A stretch of DNA of 64,000 nucleotides from Actinomycetales bacterium (GCA_051960855.1 JBQCDV010000038.1:2625-66624); one strand, 5' to 3'. Positions 1 to 10,730 are shown, counted from the stretch's first letter. The notes: a model not told the origin generated them from the letters alone. Numbers and translations are program-made.

Positions 1-2
1 AC

Positions 3-773
3 GAGTTCGCGCTGGGCGTGACGCGGGCGATGGGTCACCACCTCTCGCGCCTCGTGGAGTGGGAGTACGTCGCGCTGGCCGAGCACCTCACCGCCCGCGA
101 CGGGCTGACCCCCGAGGAGGCCGGGCCGGCGGCACTGGCGACGCTCGCCGAGCACCTGCTCGACCTGGAGGCCCTGCTCCTCTACGTCTGGCGGCGGCAG
201 CTCGTGGCGACCGCGGGGCGGGTCCTCGCGGGCCGGGACGGGACCGTGTCGACGCGGGAGCGGACGGTCGGCTTTGCCGATCTCGTCTCCTACACCCGGC
301 TGGCGCAGCGACTGTCTGAGCGGGAGCTCGCCGCGCTGGTCGACCGATTCGAGTCCCTGTCGGCCGACGTCATCGCCGCCCACGGCGGCCGCGTCGTCAA
401 GACGGTCGGGGACGAGGTCCTCTTCCTCATGCCCAGCCCCCGCACGGCAGCCGACACCGCGCTCGACCTCGCCGAGACGATGGCCGCCGACCCCCTGGTC
501 CCGGACGTTCGCGTCGGTCTGGCCTCGGGGCTCGTCCTGACGCGGATGGGCGACGTCTTCGGCACGGTCGTCAACCTCGCCAGCCGCCTCACCGCGGTGG
601 CCCGGCCCGGCACCGTCCTCGTCGACCCGGAGACCGCCGCACGTCTCGACGGCGACGAGCGCTTCGCGCTGCGGCGGCTGCGGTCGCGGCTGGTGCGCGG
701 GCTCGGACACGTCGCGCCCTCCGAGCTCAGTCGAGCGCCGGCGGAGTCGGCACGGGCGGCGGGCGAGCACTAA
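3..773 (+). CDS. Class III adenylate/guanylate cyclase catalytic domain protein (5' partial, runs off window start)
   Basis: Translation contains the cyclase core 'RVVKTVGDEVLFLMPSP ... GLASGLVLTRMGDVFGTVVNLASRL', typical of class III nucleotidyl cyclases. Frame is open back to the window edge. Confidence 0.65.
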   Translation, partial: EFALGVTRAMGHHLSRLVEWEYVALAEHLTARDGLTPEEAGPAALATLAEHLLDLEALLLYVWRRQLVATAGRVLAGRDGTVSTRERTVGFADLVSYTRLAQRLSERELAALVDRFESLSADVIAAHGGRVVKTVGDEVLFLMPSPRTAADTALDLAETMAADPLVPDVRVGLASGLVLTRMGDVFGTVVNLASRLTAVARPGTVLVDPETAARLDGDERFALRRLRSRLVRGLGHVAPSELSRAPAESARAAGEH

Positions 774-784
774 CGTCTGCGCCC

Positions 785-1606
785 GTGACCTCCGACTTCC
801 TCCGAATCGAGCGGTCCGACGACGGTTACGTCGCCGAGGTCGTCCTGGCCCGCACCTCCGCGCACAACGCCCTGTCGACCGACTTCGCGGCGGCCATCGC
901 CGAGACCTGCGCCGAGCTTGCCCGCGACGAGTCGCTGCGCTGCGTCGTTCTCTCCTCGGACTCCGACAAGGCCTTCTGCGTCGGCGCGGACCTCAAGGAG
1001 CGCAACACGTACAGCGACGCCCAGCTGCTCGCCCAGCGGCCGGTCTTCCGCGCCTGCTTCGGGGGAATCCTCGACCTGCCGGTGCCGACGATCGCGGCGG
1101 TGCACGGCTACGCGCTCGGTGGCGGCTGCGAGCTCGCCCTGTCGTGCGACCTCATCGTGGCCGACGACACCGCCGTGCTGGGGCTGCCCGAGGTGAGTGT
1201 CGGTGTCATCCCGGGCGGTGGCGGCACCCAGCTCCTCACCCGGCGCCTCGGCTGGGGGCGTGCTGCCGACCTGATTTTCACCGCTCGTCGTGTCGACGCC
1301 GACGAGGCCCTGCGCCTCGGGCTGGTCGACCGCCGGGTCGCGACGGGTCAGGCGCGCGCCGCAGCGGGCGAACTGGCGGCGGCCATCGCCTCCCACTCCC
1401 CGGTGGGAGTGCGCAACGCGAAGCGTGCGATGCGGCGGGGCTATGACGTGGACCTCGCCACCGGCCTCGACGTCGAGGACGGCGCGTGGCGCGCGACGGC
1501 GTTCTCTCCGGACCGGGCCGAAGGCGTCGCGGCGTTCAACGAGAAGCGCCGCCCGCAGTGGCCGGGCCTCGCTGGCATCTCGGGAGCACGGGGAGAGTCT
1601 CGATGA
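785..1606 (+). CDS. Enoyl-CoA hydratase/isomerase (crotonase family)
   Basis: GTG start at 785. Crotonase motifs 'AFCVGADLKERN' and 'HGYALGGGCELALSCDLIVA'. Stop overlaps the next start (ATGA at 1603-1606). Confidence 0.85.
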   Translation: MTSDFLRIERSDDGYVAEVVLARTSAHNALSTDFAAAIAETCAELARDESLRCVVLSSDSDKAFCVGADLKERNTYSDAQLLAQRPVFRACFGGILDLPVPTIAAVHGYALGGGCELALSCDLIVADDTAVLGLPEVSVGVIPGGGGTQLLTRRLGWGRAADLIFTARRVDADEALRLGLVDRRVATGQARAAAGELAAAIASHSPVGVRNAKRAMRRGYDVDLATGLDVEDGAWRATAFSPDRAEGVAAFNEKRRPQWPGLAGISGARGESR

Positions 1607-2517
1607 GCGACCTGCCTGACCGCCTGTCGCTGCGCGAGGTCGGGCCGCGTGACGGCCTGCAGAACGAGGTGCCGGTCTCCACCGACGGCAAGGTCGCTCT
1701 CATCGACGCCCTCAGCCGCACCGGGGTGAGCCGCATCGAGGCCGTCTCGTTCGTCTCTCCGCGAGCGATCCCGCAGATGGCCGACGCCGATGAGGTGTGG
1801 TCCTCCGTGCAGCGCAGCGAGGACGTCCGCTACAGCGCTCTCGTCCCCAACCTGCGGGGGGCGCAGCGGGCGCTCGACGCCGGCTTCCCCGAGATCGAGG
1901 TCGTCATCTCGGCCTCAGACACCCACAACCGCAAAAACCTCAACCGCTCGACCGACGAGTCCCTCGCCGAGCTGGCCCCGCTCGTCGAGCTCGCACACGA
2001 CCGCGGCGCGCGCGTGCAGGCGATCATCTCGACAGCCTGGGGCTGCCCCTACGAGGGCGACCTGCCCGTGACCCGCGTCCTCGACGTGGCGTCGCGGGCC
2101 CTCGCGACGGGAGCCGACTCCCTGTCCTATGGCGACACCACCGGGATGGCCACGCCGTTCCGGGTGACCCAGCTCGTCGGCGAGACCCGCATGGCTCACC
2201 CGGACGTGCCGCTCAACCTGCACTTCCACAACACTCGAGGGACGGGGCTCGCCAACGTCCTCGCCGCCCTGCAGCTGGGAGTGTCCGACTTCGACGCGAG
2301 CATCGGCGGTCTCGGCGGCTGCCCCTACGCCCCGGGAGCGAGCGGCAACATCGCGACCGAGGAGCTCGTGCACATGGTGGAGGACATGGGCGTCGCGACG
2401 GGGATCGACCTCGACGCGCTGCTCGCGGCCGCGGCCGAGGCCGAGCGGCTCGTTGGCCGGACTCTGCCCTCGCAGGTGCTGCGCGCCGGTCCCCGCACGC
2501 GACGCACGCCGGCGTGA
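1603..2517 (+). CDS. Hydroxymethylglutaryl-CoA lyase
   Basis: 'MSDLPDRLSLREVGPRDGLQNE' is an HMGL-like TIM-barrel N-terminus, with 'HFHNTRGTGLAN' downstream. ATG at 1603 overlaps the upstream stop, so the longer 1486 ORF is not used. Confidence 0.85.
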   Translation: MSDLPDRLSLREVGPRDGLQNEVPVSTDGKVALIDALSRTGVSRIEAVSFVSPRAIPQMADADEVWSSVQRSEDVRYSALVPNLRGAQRALDAGFPEIEVVISASDTHNRKNLNRSTDESLAELAPLVELAHDRGARVQAIISTAWGCPYEGDLPVTRVLDVASRALATGADSLSYGDTTGMATPFRVTQLVGETRMAHPDVPLNLHFHNTRGTGLANVLAALQLGVSDFDASIGGLGGCPYAPGASGNIATEELVHMVEDMGVATGIDLDALLAAAAEAERLVGRTLPSQVLRAGPRTRRTPA

Positions 2518-2653
2518 GGCCGGTAGCGACGCTGCGGCGTTCGGCGATGGCGTGTGGGGCTGTGGTGGCGCCTGGTGCGTCACCGTCGCCTGGGCGCCGG
2601 TGCCATGCTGTCCCCGGTGGAGGGAAGGTCCCACCGTCGCATCCAGATGAGAG

Positions 2654-3340
2654 GTGCTGTCCGTGACGTCGGTGCTGCTGGCCGAGGACGACGCGGCGAT
2701 CGCTGACCCGCTCGCGCGGGCGCTGCGTCGCGAGGGGTACGACGTCGAGGTGCGCGGTGACGGCGTCAGCGCGCTCGAGATGGCACTCGAGCAGGGCACC
2801 GACCTGCTGGTGCTGGACCTCGGACTGCCGGACATGGACGGGTTGGAGGTGTGTCGGCGACTGCGCAGTCAGGGCAGCAGCGTGCCCGTGCTCGTCCTCA
2901 CGGCCCGAGCCGACGAGGTCGACACGGTCGTCGGCCTGGACGCGGGGGCCGACGACTACGTGACCAAGCCCTTCCGCCTCGCCGAGCTGATGGCCCGGGT
3001 GCGGGCGCTGCTGCGCCGCGGCACCCCGGACGTCCCCACCCTGGCCACCGTGCACGGGGTCCGCCTGGACGCCGGGTCGCGCCAGGCGTGGCGCGACGGC
3101 CAGGAGCTGAACCTCACCGCCAAGGAGTTCGACCTGCTGCGCGTGCTGGTCCGCGAGGCCGGCAAGGTGGTCAGTCGCGAGCAGCTGATGCGCGAGGTAT
3201 GGGACTCCGCCTGGTGGAACTCCACCAAGACCCTCGACATGCACATCTCCTGGCTGCGGCGGAAGCTCGGCGACGAGGCCAACTCGCCGCGCTACATCGC
3301 GACCGTGCGGGGCGTCGGCTTCCGCTTCGAGCGCGAGTGA
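2654..3340 (+). CDS. Two-component response regulator, OmpR/PhoB winged-helix family
   Basis: Receiver motif 'VLLAEDD ... LLVLDLGLPDMDG' plus a C-terminal winged-helix 'TAKEFDLLRVL ... RGVGFRF'. The true start may be the GTG at 2663. Confidence 0.85.
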   Translation: MLSVTSVLLAEDDAAIADPLARALRREGYDVEVRGDGVSALEMALEQGTDLLVLDLGLPDMDGLEVCRRLRSQGSSVPVLVLTARADEVDTVVGLDAGADDYVTKPFRLAELMARVRALLRRGTPDVPTLATVHGVRLDAGSRQAWRDGQELNLTAKEFDLLRVLVREAGKVVSREQLMREVWDSAWWNSTKTLDMHISWLRRKLGDEANSPRYIATVRGVGFRFERE

Positions 3341-3380
3341 CATCTGCCGCCGGCGCGCGCGACAGGAGTAGGTAGGCCAC

Positions 3381-4652
3381 GTGCGACGCCGGCTGCTGCA
3401 GACAACGCTGACCGTCGCGGTCGTGGCCGTGCTGCTGCTCGGGGTGCCTCTGGCGATAGCCGGTGCCCTCCTGCAGCGCGAGACCGCCCAGGCCAACGTC
3501 GCCACCACCGCTGCCACCCTCGGTCGCGCCCTCGACCGTCGCGTGCAGGAGGGGCTGCCGGTGACGCCGCGGCTGCTGGACGACGTGCTCGGGCGCGACC
3601 GGCTGCGGGCAGAGGTCGTGCTGCCGGACGGCACGCGGGTGGTGGCGGGGCCGGCCGTGTCCGGGACGCTGCTCACCGCCTCGGTCCAGACATCGCACGG
3701 TGTCGACGTCCTGGTGGAGGAGTCCCGGGCGCTCGTCGACAGCGCCATGCGGCGGATCGTGCTGCTGGTCGCCGCGGTCGCAGTGGTGGCGGTCGCCGCG
3801 GCCGTCGCCGTGGGCGTGCTGCAGGCGCGACGCCTGGCTCGGCCCCTCGATGAGCTGGCTGTGACCGCACAGCGCCTGGGCTCGGGGGAGAGCCGCGTCG
3901 ACGTCTCGGAGACGGGCATCGAGGAGCTGGACCGGCTCGGTGAGGCCCTGCGGCGCAGCGCGACGCGGGTGGCCGACCTGCTTGCTGCCGAGCGGAGGTT
4001 CGCCTCCGACGCCTCGCACCAGCTGCGCACGCCGCTAGCGGCCCTCTCGCTGCGGCTCGACGAGATCGCCGAGACCGACGACCTCGACGTGGCACGCGAG
4101 GAGGCGGCCGTGGCCCTCACCCAGGTCGAGCGGTTGACCGGGGTGGTCCAGCAGCTGCTCGATGCGGCCCGGCGCACCCGCGCCGGCACGGTGACGCCCG
4201 TCGACGTGACTGCGGTGGTCGAGCAGCAGCTGCACGAGTGGCGGCCGGTGGTCGAGGCCGCCGGGCGGCGGCTGCGCGTGGTCGGGGAGCGGCCGGCGCA
4301 GGCGCTGGCAACGCCGGGCGGCCTGGCCCAGATCGTCGCCACCCTGCTGGAGAACGCCCTCATGCACGGCGCCGGCACCATCATGGTCACGACCCGCAGC
4401 ACCAGTACCTGGACAGTGGTGGAGGTCAGCGACGAGGGACCGGGGGTGCCCTCGGGACTCGAGGCGAGGATCTTCGAGCGGTCCGTCAGCGGGTCGGGCA
4501 GCACGGGTCTGGGGTTGAGTCTTGCTCGCGACCTCGCCGTCGTCGACGGGGGACGGCTCGAGCTTGTCCGGGCACGGCCAGCGACGTTCGCGGTGTTCCT
4601 GCCCGCGCCCGTCGACCCCGATGCCCCACCGCCGCCGCCCACCGTGGCCTAG
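3381..4652 (+). CDS. Sensor histidine kinase (HAMP-HisKA-HATPase)
   Basis: GTG start preceded by AGGAG. Two N-terminal TM helices, H-box 'ASHQLRTPLAALSLRLDEI', and G-boxes 'GSGSTGLGLSLARDL'. Sits immediately downstream of the response regulator. Confidence 0.85.
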   Translation: MRRRLLQTTLTVAVVAVLLLGVPLAIAGALLQRETAQANVATTAATLGRALDRRVQEGLPVTPRLLDDVLGRDRLRAEVVLPDGTRVVAGPAVSGTLLTASVQTSHGVDVLVEESRALVDSAMRRIVLLVAAVAVVAVAAAVAVGVLQARRLARPLDELAVTAQRLGSGESRVDVSETGIEELDRLGEALRRSATRVADLLAAERRFASDASHQLRTPLAALSLRLDEIAETDDLDVAREEAAVALTQVERLTGVVQQLLDAARRTRAGTVTPVDVTAVVEQQLHEWRPVVEAAGRRLRVVGERPAQALATPGGLAQIVATLLENALMHGAGTIMVTTRSTSTWTVVEVSDEGPGVPSGLEARIFERSVSGSGSTGLGLSLARDLAVVDGGRLELVRARPATFAVFLPAPVDPDAPPPPPTVA

Positions 4653-4689
4653 CGGCTGACGTGCCCCCGTAGCGGGCTCGCAGCAACCC

Positions 4690-5250
4690 TCAGGCTGCTG
4701 CCTCCTCCCGCAGCTCCTGGTCGAGCTCGGGAAAGACGAAGCGCCGGTAGGACCAGAAGCGGAACAGCGTGCCGAGGCCGAGACCGACGACGTTCGCCGA
4801 GATGTTGTCGGCCAGCGGGCTGGTGAAGCCCAGCAGGTAGTGCGACACGCCCAGGCAGGTGAGCGCGATGAGCAGGCCGACCCCGTTGAGGGCGAAGAAC
4901 AGCACGTACTCGCGACGCAGGCTGCTCCGGCCCCGGTGACGGAAGGTCCAGTGCCGGTTGCCGAAGTAGGCGACGGTCGTGGCGACGATGGTGGACACCG
5001 TCTTGGCCGTCAGCGGCTTCTCGTCCAGCATGCCGCCCAGTGCCCCGGGGGCCCCGAGGCGCAGCAGGTTGAAGACGCCGACGTCCACCACGAAGGCGAC
5101 CAAGCCGACGACGCCGAACTTCGCGATCTCCCGGGCCAGCCGGTGCACCGCGGCCGAGACGCCGAGCCGGCTGAGCAGCGCCTCGACCCGGGACCCAGCA
5201 GCGGAGGCAGACAAGACCGCACGCGGCTGCGGCGACGGGGCTGATGGCAC
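4690..5250 (-). CDS. GtrA-family small membrane protein (polysaccharide synthesis-associated)
   Basis: 'KFGVVGLVAFVVDVGVFNLL ... YFGNRHWTFR' with 4 TM helices, GtrA-like. The N-terminal extent is uncertain. Confidence 0.65.
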   Translation of the reverse strand: MPSAPSPQPRAVLSASAAGSRVEALLSRLGVSAAVHRLAREIAKFGVVGLVAFVVDVGVFNLLRLGAPGALGGMLDEKPLTAKTVSTIVATTVAYFGNRHWTFRHRGRSSLRREYVLFFALNGVGLLIALTCLGVSHYLLGFTSPLADNISANVVGLGLGTLFRFWSYRRFVFPELDQELREEAAA

Positions 5251-5289
5251 CGACCAAGCCTAAGTGCCCGAGGGCAGCGATCGTTCCGC

Positions 5290-6441
5290 GTGGCGGCCCG
5301 CTACCGTGCCGTCGTGACCTTCCCGATCGTCGGTGTGGTGGGCGGGGGCCAGCTCGCGCGGATGCTGGCGCCGCCGGCGGTGGCGCTGGGCATCGGGCTG
5401 CGGGTGCTGGCCACCGGCCCCGACGAGAGCGCCGCCCAGGTCATCCCGGATGTGCATGAGGGACGACACGACGACCTCGAGGCGCTGCTGCGCTTCGCCG
5501 AGGGCTGTGACGTCGTCACCTTCGACCACGAGCACGTGCCGCAGCCGCACCTCGCGGCCCTTGCTGACGCGGGCGTCACCCTGCGACCAGGGCCGCAGGC
5601 GCTGGCCCACGCGCAAGACAAGCTGCTCATGCGGCAGCGGCTGACCGAGCTGGGGCTGCCGTGCCCGCGGTGGCAGCGGGTCGAGACTCCCGAGGACCTC
5701 GAGCGCTTCCTGGCCGACGTGGGCGGCGAGGTCGTCGTCAAGACTCCCCGCGGCGGCTACGACGGTCGCGGCGTCCGGGTGGTCAGCAGCGCCGCCGATG
5801 TGAGCGACTGGTGGGGTCAAGGGGCGCTGCTCGCCGAGGAGCGGGTGGACTTCGTCGGCGAGCTCGCCGCCATGGTCGCGCGCAGTCCTCACGGCCAGGC
5901 CGTCGCCTACCCCGTGGTCCAGACGCTGCAGGTTGACGGCATCTGCAGCGAGGTGGTGGCGCCGGCTCGCATCGACGACGACGTCGCGGTCTACGCGCAG
6001 GAGGTCGCTTTGCGCATCGCCGGCGCCCTCGACGTCACCGGCGTCCTCGCGGTCGAGCTGTTCCGCACGCCGACCGGGATCCTCGTCAACGAGCTGGCGA
6101 TGCGCCCTCACAACTCCGGCCACTGGTCGATCGACGGAGCGGTGACCTCCCAGTTCGAGAACCACCTCCGCGCCGTCCTCGACCTGCCGCTCGGCGACCC
6201 GCGTCCCCTCGCCCCCGTGTCGGTCATGGTCAACGTCCTCGGCGGCGACTACCCCGACCTCTATCCGGCCTACCGTCACGTCATGGCCCGGGACCCTGAA
6301 CTGAAGGTGCACGTCTACGGCAAGCAGGTGCGCCCGGGTCGCAAGGTCGGCCACGTGACCGCGGTGGGCCGCGACGCGCACGACCTGCTCGAGCGAGCGC
6401 GGCACGCGGCGGCGTACCTGCGCGGCGACATCACGGAGTGA
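5290..6441 (+). CDS. purK: N5-carboxyaminoimidazole ribonucleotide synthase
   Basis: ATP-grasp protein with '[13 protein letters not shown] ... [12 protein letters not shown]', directly followed by purE. Confidence 0.9.
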   Translation: MAARYRAVVTFPIVGVVGGGQLARMLAPPAVALGIGLRVLATGPDESAAQVIPDVHEGRHDDLEALLRFAEGCDVVTFDHEHVPQPHLAALADAGVTLRPGPQALAHAQDKLLMRQRLTELGLPCPRWQRVETPEDLERFLADVGGEVVVKTPRGGYDGRGVRVVSSAADVSDWWGQGALLAEERVDFVGELAAMVARSPHGQAVAYPVVQTLQVDGICSEVVAPARIDDDVAVYAQEVALRIAGALDVTGVLAVELFRTPTGILVNELAMRPHNSGHWSIDGAVTSQFENHLRAVLDLPLGDPRPLAPVSVMVNVLGGDYPDLYPAYRHVMARDPELKVHVYGKQVRPGRKVGHVTAVGRDAHDLLERARHAAAYLRGDITE

Positions 6442-6445
6442 CAGC

Positions 6446-7021
6446 GTGACGAACGACGCTGCGACGCCCCCCGCCGTCCCCAGCTCTCCCGCCACCGCAC
6501 CCCCGCTCTGGGGCGACGCCGCCGGAGCCCTCGTCGGTGTCGTCATGGGGTCGGACTCGGACTGGCGGGTGATGTCGGCGGCTGCCGAGGCGCTCACGGA
6601 GTTCGACGTTCCCCACGAGGTGCACGTGGTGTCGGCGCACCGGATGCCCCACGAGATGCTCGCCTACGGCACCGAAGCAGCGGACCGGGGCCTGCGCGTG
6701 ATCATCGCCGGAGCCGGCGGAGCGGCCCACCTGCCCGGCATGCTCGCGGCTGTCACGCCACTGCCGGTCATCGGCGTCCCCGTCCCGCTCGCGACTCTCG
6801 ATGGCATGGATTCGCTGCTGTCGATCGCGCAGATGCCGGCGGGAGTCCCGGTCGCGACCGTCGCCATCGGTGGGGCGCGCAACGCGGGCCTGCTGGCGGT
6901 GCGGATCCTCGCGGCGAGCGACATCGCCCTGCGTCAACGGATGGTCGCCTTCCAGGTGGCACTCGGCGAGGCGGCCAGTGCCAAGGGGCGAGCGCTGCGG
7001 GAGCGGCTCTCCGGGGCCTGA
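6446..7021 (+). CDS. purE: N5-CAIR mutase
   Basis: '[12 protein letters not shown] ... [11 protein letters not shown] ... [14 protein letters not shown]'. Confidence 0.9.
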   Translation: MTNDAATPPAVPSSPATAPPLWGDAAGALVGVVMGSDSDWRVMSAAAEALTEFDVPHEVHVVSAHRMPHEMLAYGTEAADRGLRVIIAGAGGAAHLPGMLAAVTPLPVIGVPVPLATLDGMDSLLSIAQMPAGVPVATVAIGGARNAGLLAVRILAASDIALRQRMVAFQVALGEAASAKGRALRERLSGA

Positions 7022-7026
7022 CCGAG

Positions 7027-7683
7027 CTAGCGTCCGCCTCGCTCGTGCTGGCTGTCTGTGCGCGGTTGAGGCGCACCGTCGAGCCACTGCTCCCGCGAGA
7101 TGCGGTAGAGCACATGCCGCTTGAGCGGGCTGTCGTCGGCGACGTTGGGGTGGTCGAAGTCGCCGCCCTCGTCGTGCCACATGCCCAGCCGCTGCATGAC
7201 ACGCTGCGATCGCAGGTTGGTCGTTGCGGTGAACGAGACAACCTCTTCGCGTCGTAGCGACGTGAAGGCGTAGTCGAGAGCCGCAGAGGCCGCCTCCGTG
7301 GCGTAGCCGCGCCCCCAGAAGTCGCGAGCGAGGCGCCACCCCACCTCGAGGGCTGGGTCCTCGGCGGTCGTGAAGGCGGCTGTGAAGCGCGGATGGGCCA
7401 GCCCGACGAAGCCGAGGAAGTGCCCAGGGTCGGGCGCGGCAACGTCTCGCAGCTGCACCGCCCACAGGCCGTACCCGCGCTCGGCCAGCAGGCTCCGTTG
7501 CCGGTCGAGGAACTCGTCGCTGGCCGCTGAGGTGAGCAGCGAGGGGAAGTGCTCCATGACGACCGGGTCGGCGCCGAGCGCGGCCCAGGGCTCGCGGTCG
7601 GTGTCACGCCACTGCCGCAGGAGCAGCCGGCTTGTCGTCAGTTCGACAGGAAGCGTCGCGCTCAACGCGGCAGCTTCGGCCAC
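7027..7683 (-). CDS. GNAT family N-acetyltransferase (RimJ/RimL-like)
   Basis: 'LTTSRLLLRQW ... VVMEHFP ... GYATEAASAALDYAF' is a GNAT fold. GTG start. Confidence 0.7.
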   Translation of the reverse strand: MAEAAALSATLPVELTTSRLLLRQWRDTDREPWAALGADPVVMEHFPSLLTSAASDEFLDRQRSLLAERGYGLWAVQLRDVAAPDPGHFLGFVGLAHPRFTAAFTTAEDPALEVGWRLARDFWGRGYATEAASAALDYAFTSLRREEVVSFTATTNLRSQRVMQRLGMWHDEGGDFDHPNVADDSPLKRHVLYRISREQWLDGAPQPRTDSQHERGGR

Positions 7684-8107
7684 TCGATGGCAGGGCAGCG
7701 GTCCATCACGACGTCGAGACCTGCTCGCTGAGCCCGAGCCGCAGCCTCCTCGTCGACCACGGTGAGCTGCAGCCAGACAGCGCGAGCGGCGATGCCGATG
7801 GCCTCATCGACCACCGTCCCGCACAGCTCGGCACGGACGAAGACGTCGACGACGTCGATCGGACCGACGGCCTCCCTTGCGGCGGCGAGTGTGGGATAGC
7901 CCTGCTCGCCGTGCACCTCGAACGGCGTGTGCCGTGCCTTCAGGTGCACCGGCACGATGCGCTTGCCCTGACTCTGCAGGAACCGGGCCACGCCATGCGC
8001 CGGCCGCCGCGCGTTGTCCGAGAGCCCCACGACCGCCCATACGCGCGTATCGTCGCGCAGCCGCCGGATGACGTCGCGGTCTCCCCACGCGCCCAGGGCG
8101 CTCACGG
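7662..8107 (-). CDS. CoA-binding domain protein (YccU-like)
   Basis: 'WAVVGLSDNARRPAHGVARFLQSQGKRIVPV' is CoA_binding-like. The start was chosen as the GTG that overlaps the ugd stop (GTGA). The longer ORF runs to 8279 but overlaps ugd. Confidence 0.55.
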
Positions 8108-9424
8108 TCGGCCCAACCCCCGGACGGTCCAGCCGGCTGCGCGCCACCTGTCGGCGTCCAGGACGTTGCGCCCGTCCAGCAGCCGCCGCTGCCGCACGAC
8201 CTCGCCGACGACCTCGGGGTCCATCTCGCGGAACTCCCGCCACTCCGTCAGATGCAGGACGAGGTCGGCGTCGCGGCACGCCTCCATCGCGCTGTCGGCG
8301 TAGGTCAGCGTGGGGAAGTCGCGCCGGGCGTTGTCGTTGGCCTTGGGGTCGTAGACGCTGACGGCGCCCCCCTGCAGGTGGATGAGCCCGGCAACCGACA
8401 GGGCCGGGCTGTCGCGGGTGTCGTCGCTGTCGGGCTTGAACGCCGCACCGAGCACGGCCACCCGGGTGCCGAGGAAGCTGCCACCGACCAGCCCGAGGGC
8501 GAGCTCGACGACCCGCTGGCGCCGCCGGATGTTGATGGCGTCAACCTCGCGCAGGAAGCTCAGCGCCTGGTCGACCCCTAGCTCGCCCGCGCGGGCCATG
8601 AAGGCACGGATGTCCTTGGGCAGACAGCCGCCGCCGAAGCCGATGCCGGCATTGAGGAACTTCCGCCCGATGCGGGCGTCGTAGCCGATCGCGTCGGCGA
8701 GCTTGGTGACGTCACCGCCGGTCGCCTCGCACAGCTCGGCCATGGCGTTGATGAAGGAGATCTTGGTGGCGAGGAAGGCGTTGGCGGACACCTTGACCAG
8801 CTCCGCGGTCGCGTAGTCCACGGTCAGGAACGGCGTGCCCGACGCGATCGCCGTCCCGTAGACCTCCCGCAGGACGGGCTCGTCCTCGGTGGCGGTCGCC
8901 GGGTCGAGCCCGACGACGATGCGGTCGGGACGCAGCGTGTCCTCCACCGCGAAGCCCTCGCGCAGGAACTCCGGGTTCCACGCCAGGTGCACGGCATCCT
9001 CCGCCGGCGCAAGCTCGTGCAGCCGCGTCAGCACCGCGGGCGCCGTTCCGACCGGGACCGTCGACTTGCCGACGACGAGGGTGGCGCGCTGCAGGTGGGG
9101 CGCGAGACCGTCGACGGCGCTGTGCACGTAGGTGAGGTCGGCGGAGTACTCGCCCTTGCGCTGCGGGGTGCCGACGCACACGAAGTGCACGTCGCCGAAT
9201 TCGGCGACCTCCTCGTAGGAGGTCGTGAAGCGCAGCCGTCCGCTCTCGACGTGCTTGCGCAGCAGCGGCTCGAGGTCGGGCTCGTAGAACGGCACCTCCC
9301 CGCGCTGCAGCATCTCGACCTTGCGCTGGTCGACGTCCATGCCCAGCACCTCGAAGCCGAGCTCGGACATCGCGGCGGCGTGCGTCGCCCCCAGGTACCC
9401 CGTGCCGATCACCGTCAGACGCAT
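8102..9424 (-). CDS. ugd: UDP-glucose 6-dehydrogenase
   Basis: 'MRLTVIGTGYLGATHAAAMSELGFEV' Rossmann N-terminus. 'GGGCLPKDIRAF' contains the catalytic Cys motif. Confidence 0.85.
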   Translation of the reverse strand: MRLTVIGTGYLGATHAAAMSELGFEVLGMDVDQRKVEMLQRGEVPFYEPDLEPLLRKHVESGRLRFTTSYEEVAEFGDVHFVCVGTPQRKGEYSADLTYVHSAVDGLAPHLQRATLVVGKSTVPVGTAPAVLTRLHELAPAEDAVHLAWNPEFLREGFAVEDTLRPDRIVVGLDPATATEDEPVLREVYGTAIASGTPFLTVDYATAELVKVSANAFLATKISFINAMAELCEATGGDVTKLADAIGYDARIGRKFLNAGIGFGGGCLPKDIRAFMARAGELGVDQALSFLREVDAINIRRRQRVVELALGLVGGSFLGTRVAVLGAAFKPDSDDTRDSPALSVAGLIHLQGGAVSVYDPKANDNARRDFPTLTYADSAMEACRDADLVLHLTEWREFREMDPEVVGEVVRQRRLLDGRNVLDADRWRAAGWTVRGLGRP

Positions 9425-9559
9425 GCGCCGAGCCTAGCCGCGGCACCCCTTCCCGAACGCCGCCCGCACGCGCCCTGTGGGTGAGCAGCTGTCCGCCAGC
9501 GTCGCTACTGTTCGGTAACAAAGACTGGTTCTGCCGACCACCTCGCCGGAGGGACACCG

Positions 9560-10714
9560 ATGTCCGACTTCGACCTCTTCCAGCTGTCCGAGGACCACGA
9601 GGCGCTGCGTGCCGCTGTCCGCGACGTCGCCGAGGACAAGATCAAGCCCTACGCGGCGGAGGTGGACGAGCAGAGCCGTTTTCCGCAGGAGGCCTACGAC
9701 GCCCTGCGGGCCTCGGACTTCGCAGCACCCCACGTCCCGGAGGAGTACGACGGCGTCGGAGCCGACGCGCTGGCCGTCTGCATCGTCATCGAGGAGGTCG
9801 CGCGGGTCTGCGCCTCCAGCTCGCTGATCCCCGCGGTCAACAAGCTCGGGAGCATGCCGCTGCTGCTGGCCGCCAGCGACGAGCAGAAGCAGCGCTACCT
9901 GCCGCCGATGGCCCGCGGCGAGGCGATGTTCAGCTATGGCCTGTCCGAGCGGGAGGCCGGCAGCGACACCGCCGCGATGCGCACCCGAGCACGGCGGGAC
10001 GGCGACGAGTGGGTGCTCGACGGCCAGAAGTCGTGGATCACCAACGCCGGCGTCAGCGAGTACTACACGGTGTTGGCGGTCACCGACCCCGACGGCCCCA
10101 GGGGCCGCAACATCTCGGCGTTCGTCGTCGAGAAGGGCGACCCCGGCTTCAGCTTCGGGGAGCCTGAGAAGAAGCTCGGCATCAAGGGCTCGCCGACGCG
10201 GGAGCTGCGCTTCGACTCCTGCCGCATCCCTGGCGACCGGCTGGTGGGCGAGCTCGGCGAGGGCCTGAAGATCGCGCTGCGCACGCTGGACCACACTCGC
10301 ATCACCATCGGCGCGCAGGCCGTCGGGATCGCGCAGGGGGCGCTGGACTTCGCCACCGGCTACGTCAAGGAGCGCCAGCAGTTCGGCAAGGCGATCGCGG
10401 AGTTCCAGGGCGTGCAGTTCATGCTCGCCGACATGGCGATGAAGCTCGAGGCGGCGCGCCAGTTGGTCTACGTCGCCGCCAGCAAGAGCGAGCGCAACGA
10501 CCCCGACCTGACGTTCTTCGGCGCCGCCGCCAAGTGCTACGCCGCAGATGCCGCCATGGAGATCACCACGGACGCCGTTCAGCTCCTGGGCGGCTACGGC
10601 TACACCAAGGACTACCCGGTCGAGCGCATGATGCGCGACGCGAAGATCACCCAGATCTACGAGGGCACCAACCAGATCCAGCGACTGGTGATGGCCCGCC
10701 AGCTGCTGAAGTAG
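9560..10714 (+). CDS. Acyl-CoA dehydrogenase
   Basis: 'YGLSEREAGSD ... WITNAG' and a C-terminal 'QLLGGYGYTKDYPVERMMRDAKITQIYEGTNQIQR'. RBS GGAGGGA. Confidence 0.9.
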   Translation: MSDFDLFQLSEDHEALRAAVRDVAEDKIKPYAAEVDEQSRFPQEAYDALRASDFAAPHVPEEYDGVGADALAVCIVIEEVARVCASSSLIPAVNKLGSMPLLLAASDEQKQRYLPPMARGEAMFSYGLSEREAGSDTAAMRTRARRDGDEWVLDGQKSWITNAGVSEYYTVLAVTDPDGPRGRNISAFVVEKGDPGFSFGEPEKKLGIKGSPTRELRFDSCRIPGDRLVGELGEGLKIALRTLDHTRITIGAQAVGIAQGALDFATGYVKERQQFGKAIAEFQGVQFMLADMAMKLEAARQLVYVAASKSERNDPDLTFFGAAAKCYAADAAMEITTDAVQLLGGYGYTKDYPVERMMRDAKITQIYEGTNQIQRLVMARQLLK

Positions 10715-10730
10715 CACCGAGCAGCGCGTA

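Noticed and set aside
2213-4642. Very long antisense or alternate-frame ORFs. This 809-aa example is joined by 5260..6597 (-), 9434..10990 (-), 29905..31242 (+), 31720..33387 (+) and 43015..44145 (+).
   Set aside because: These are typical high-GC artefacts. They overlap genes that have clear family motifs, and their translations are Arg/Pro/Gly-rich low-complexity sequence with no recognisable domain. They were not called.
4653-4689. Weak hairpin (GCAGCA...TGCTGC) between the convergent histidine kinase and GtrA genes, as a bidirectional terminator.
   Set aside because: The stem is only ~6 bp, with no U-tract. It is too weak to call as a feature.
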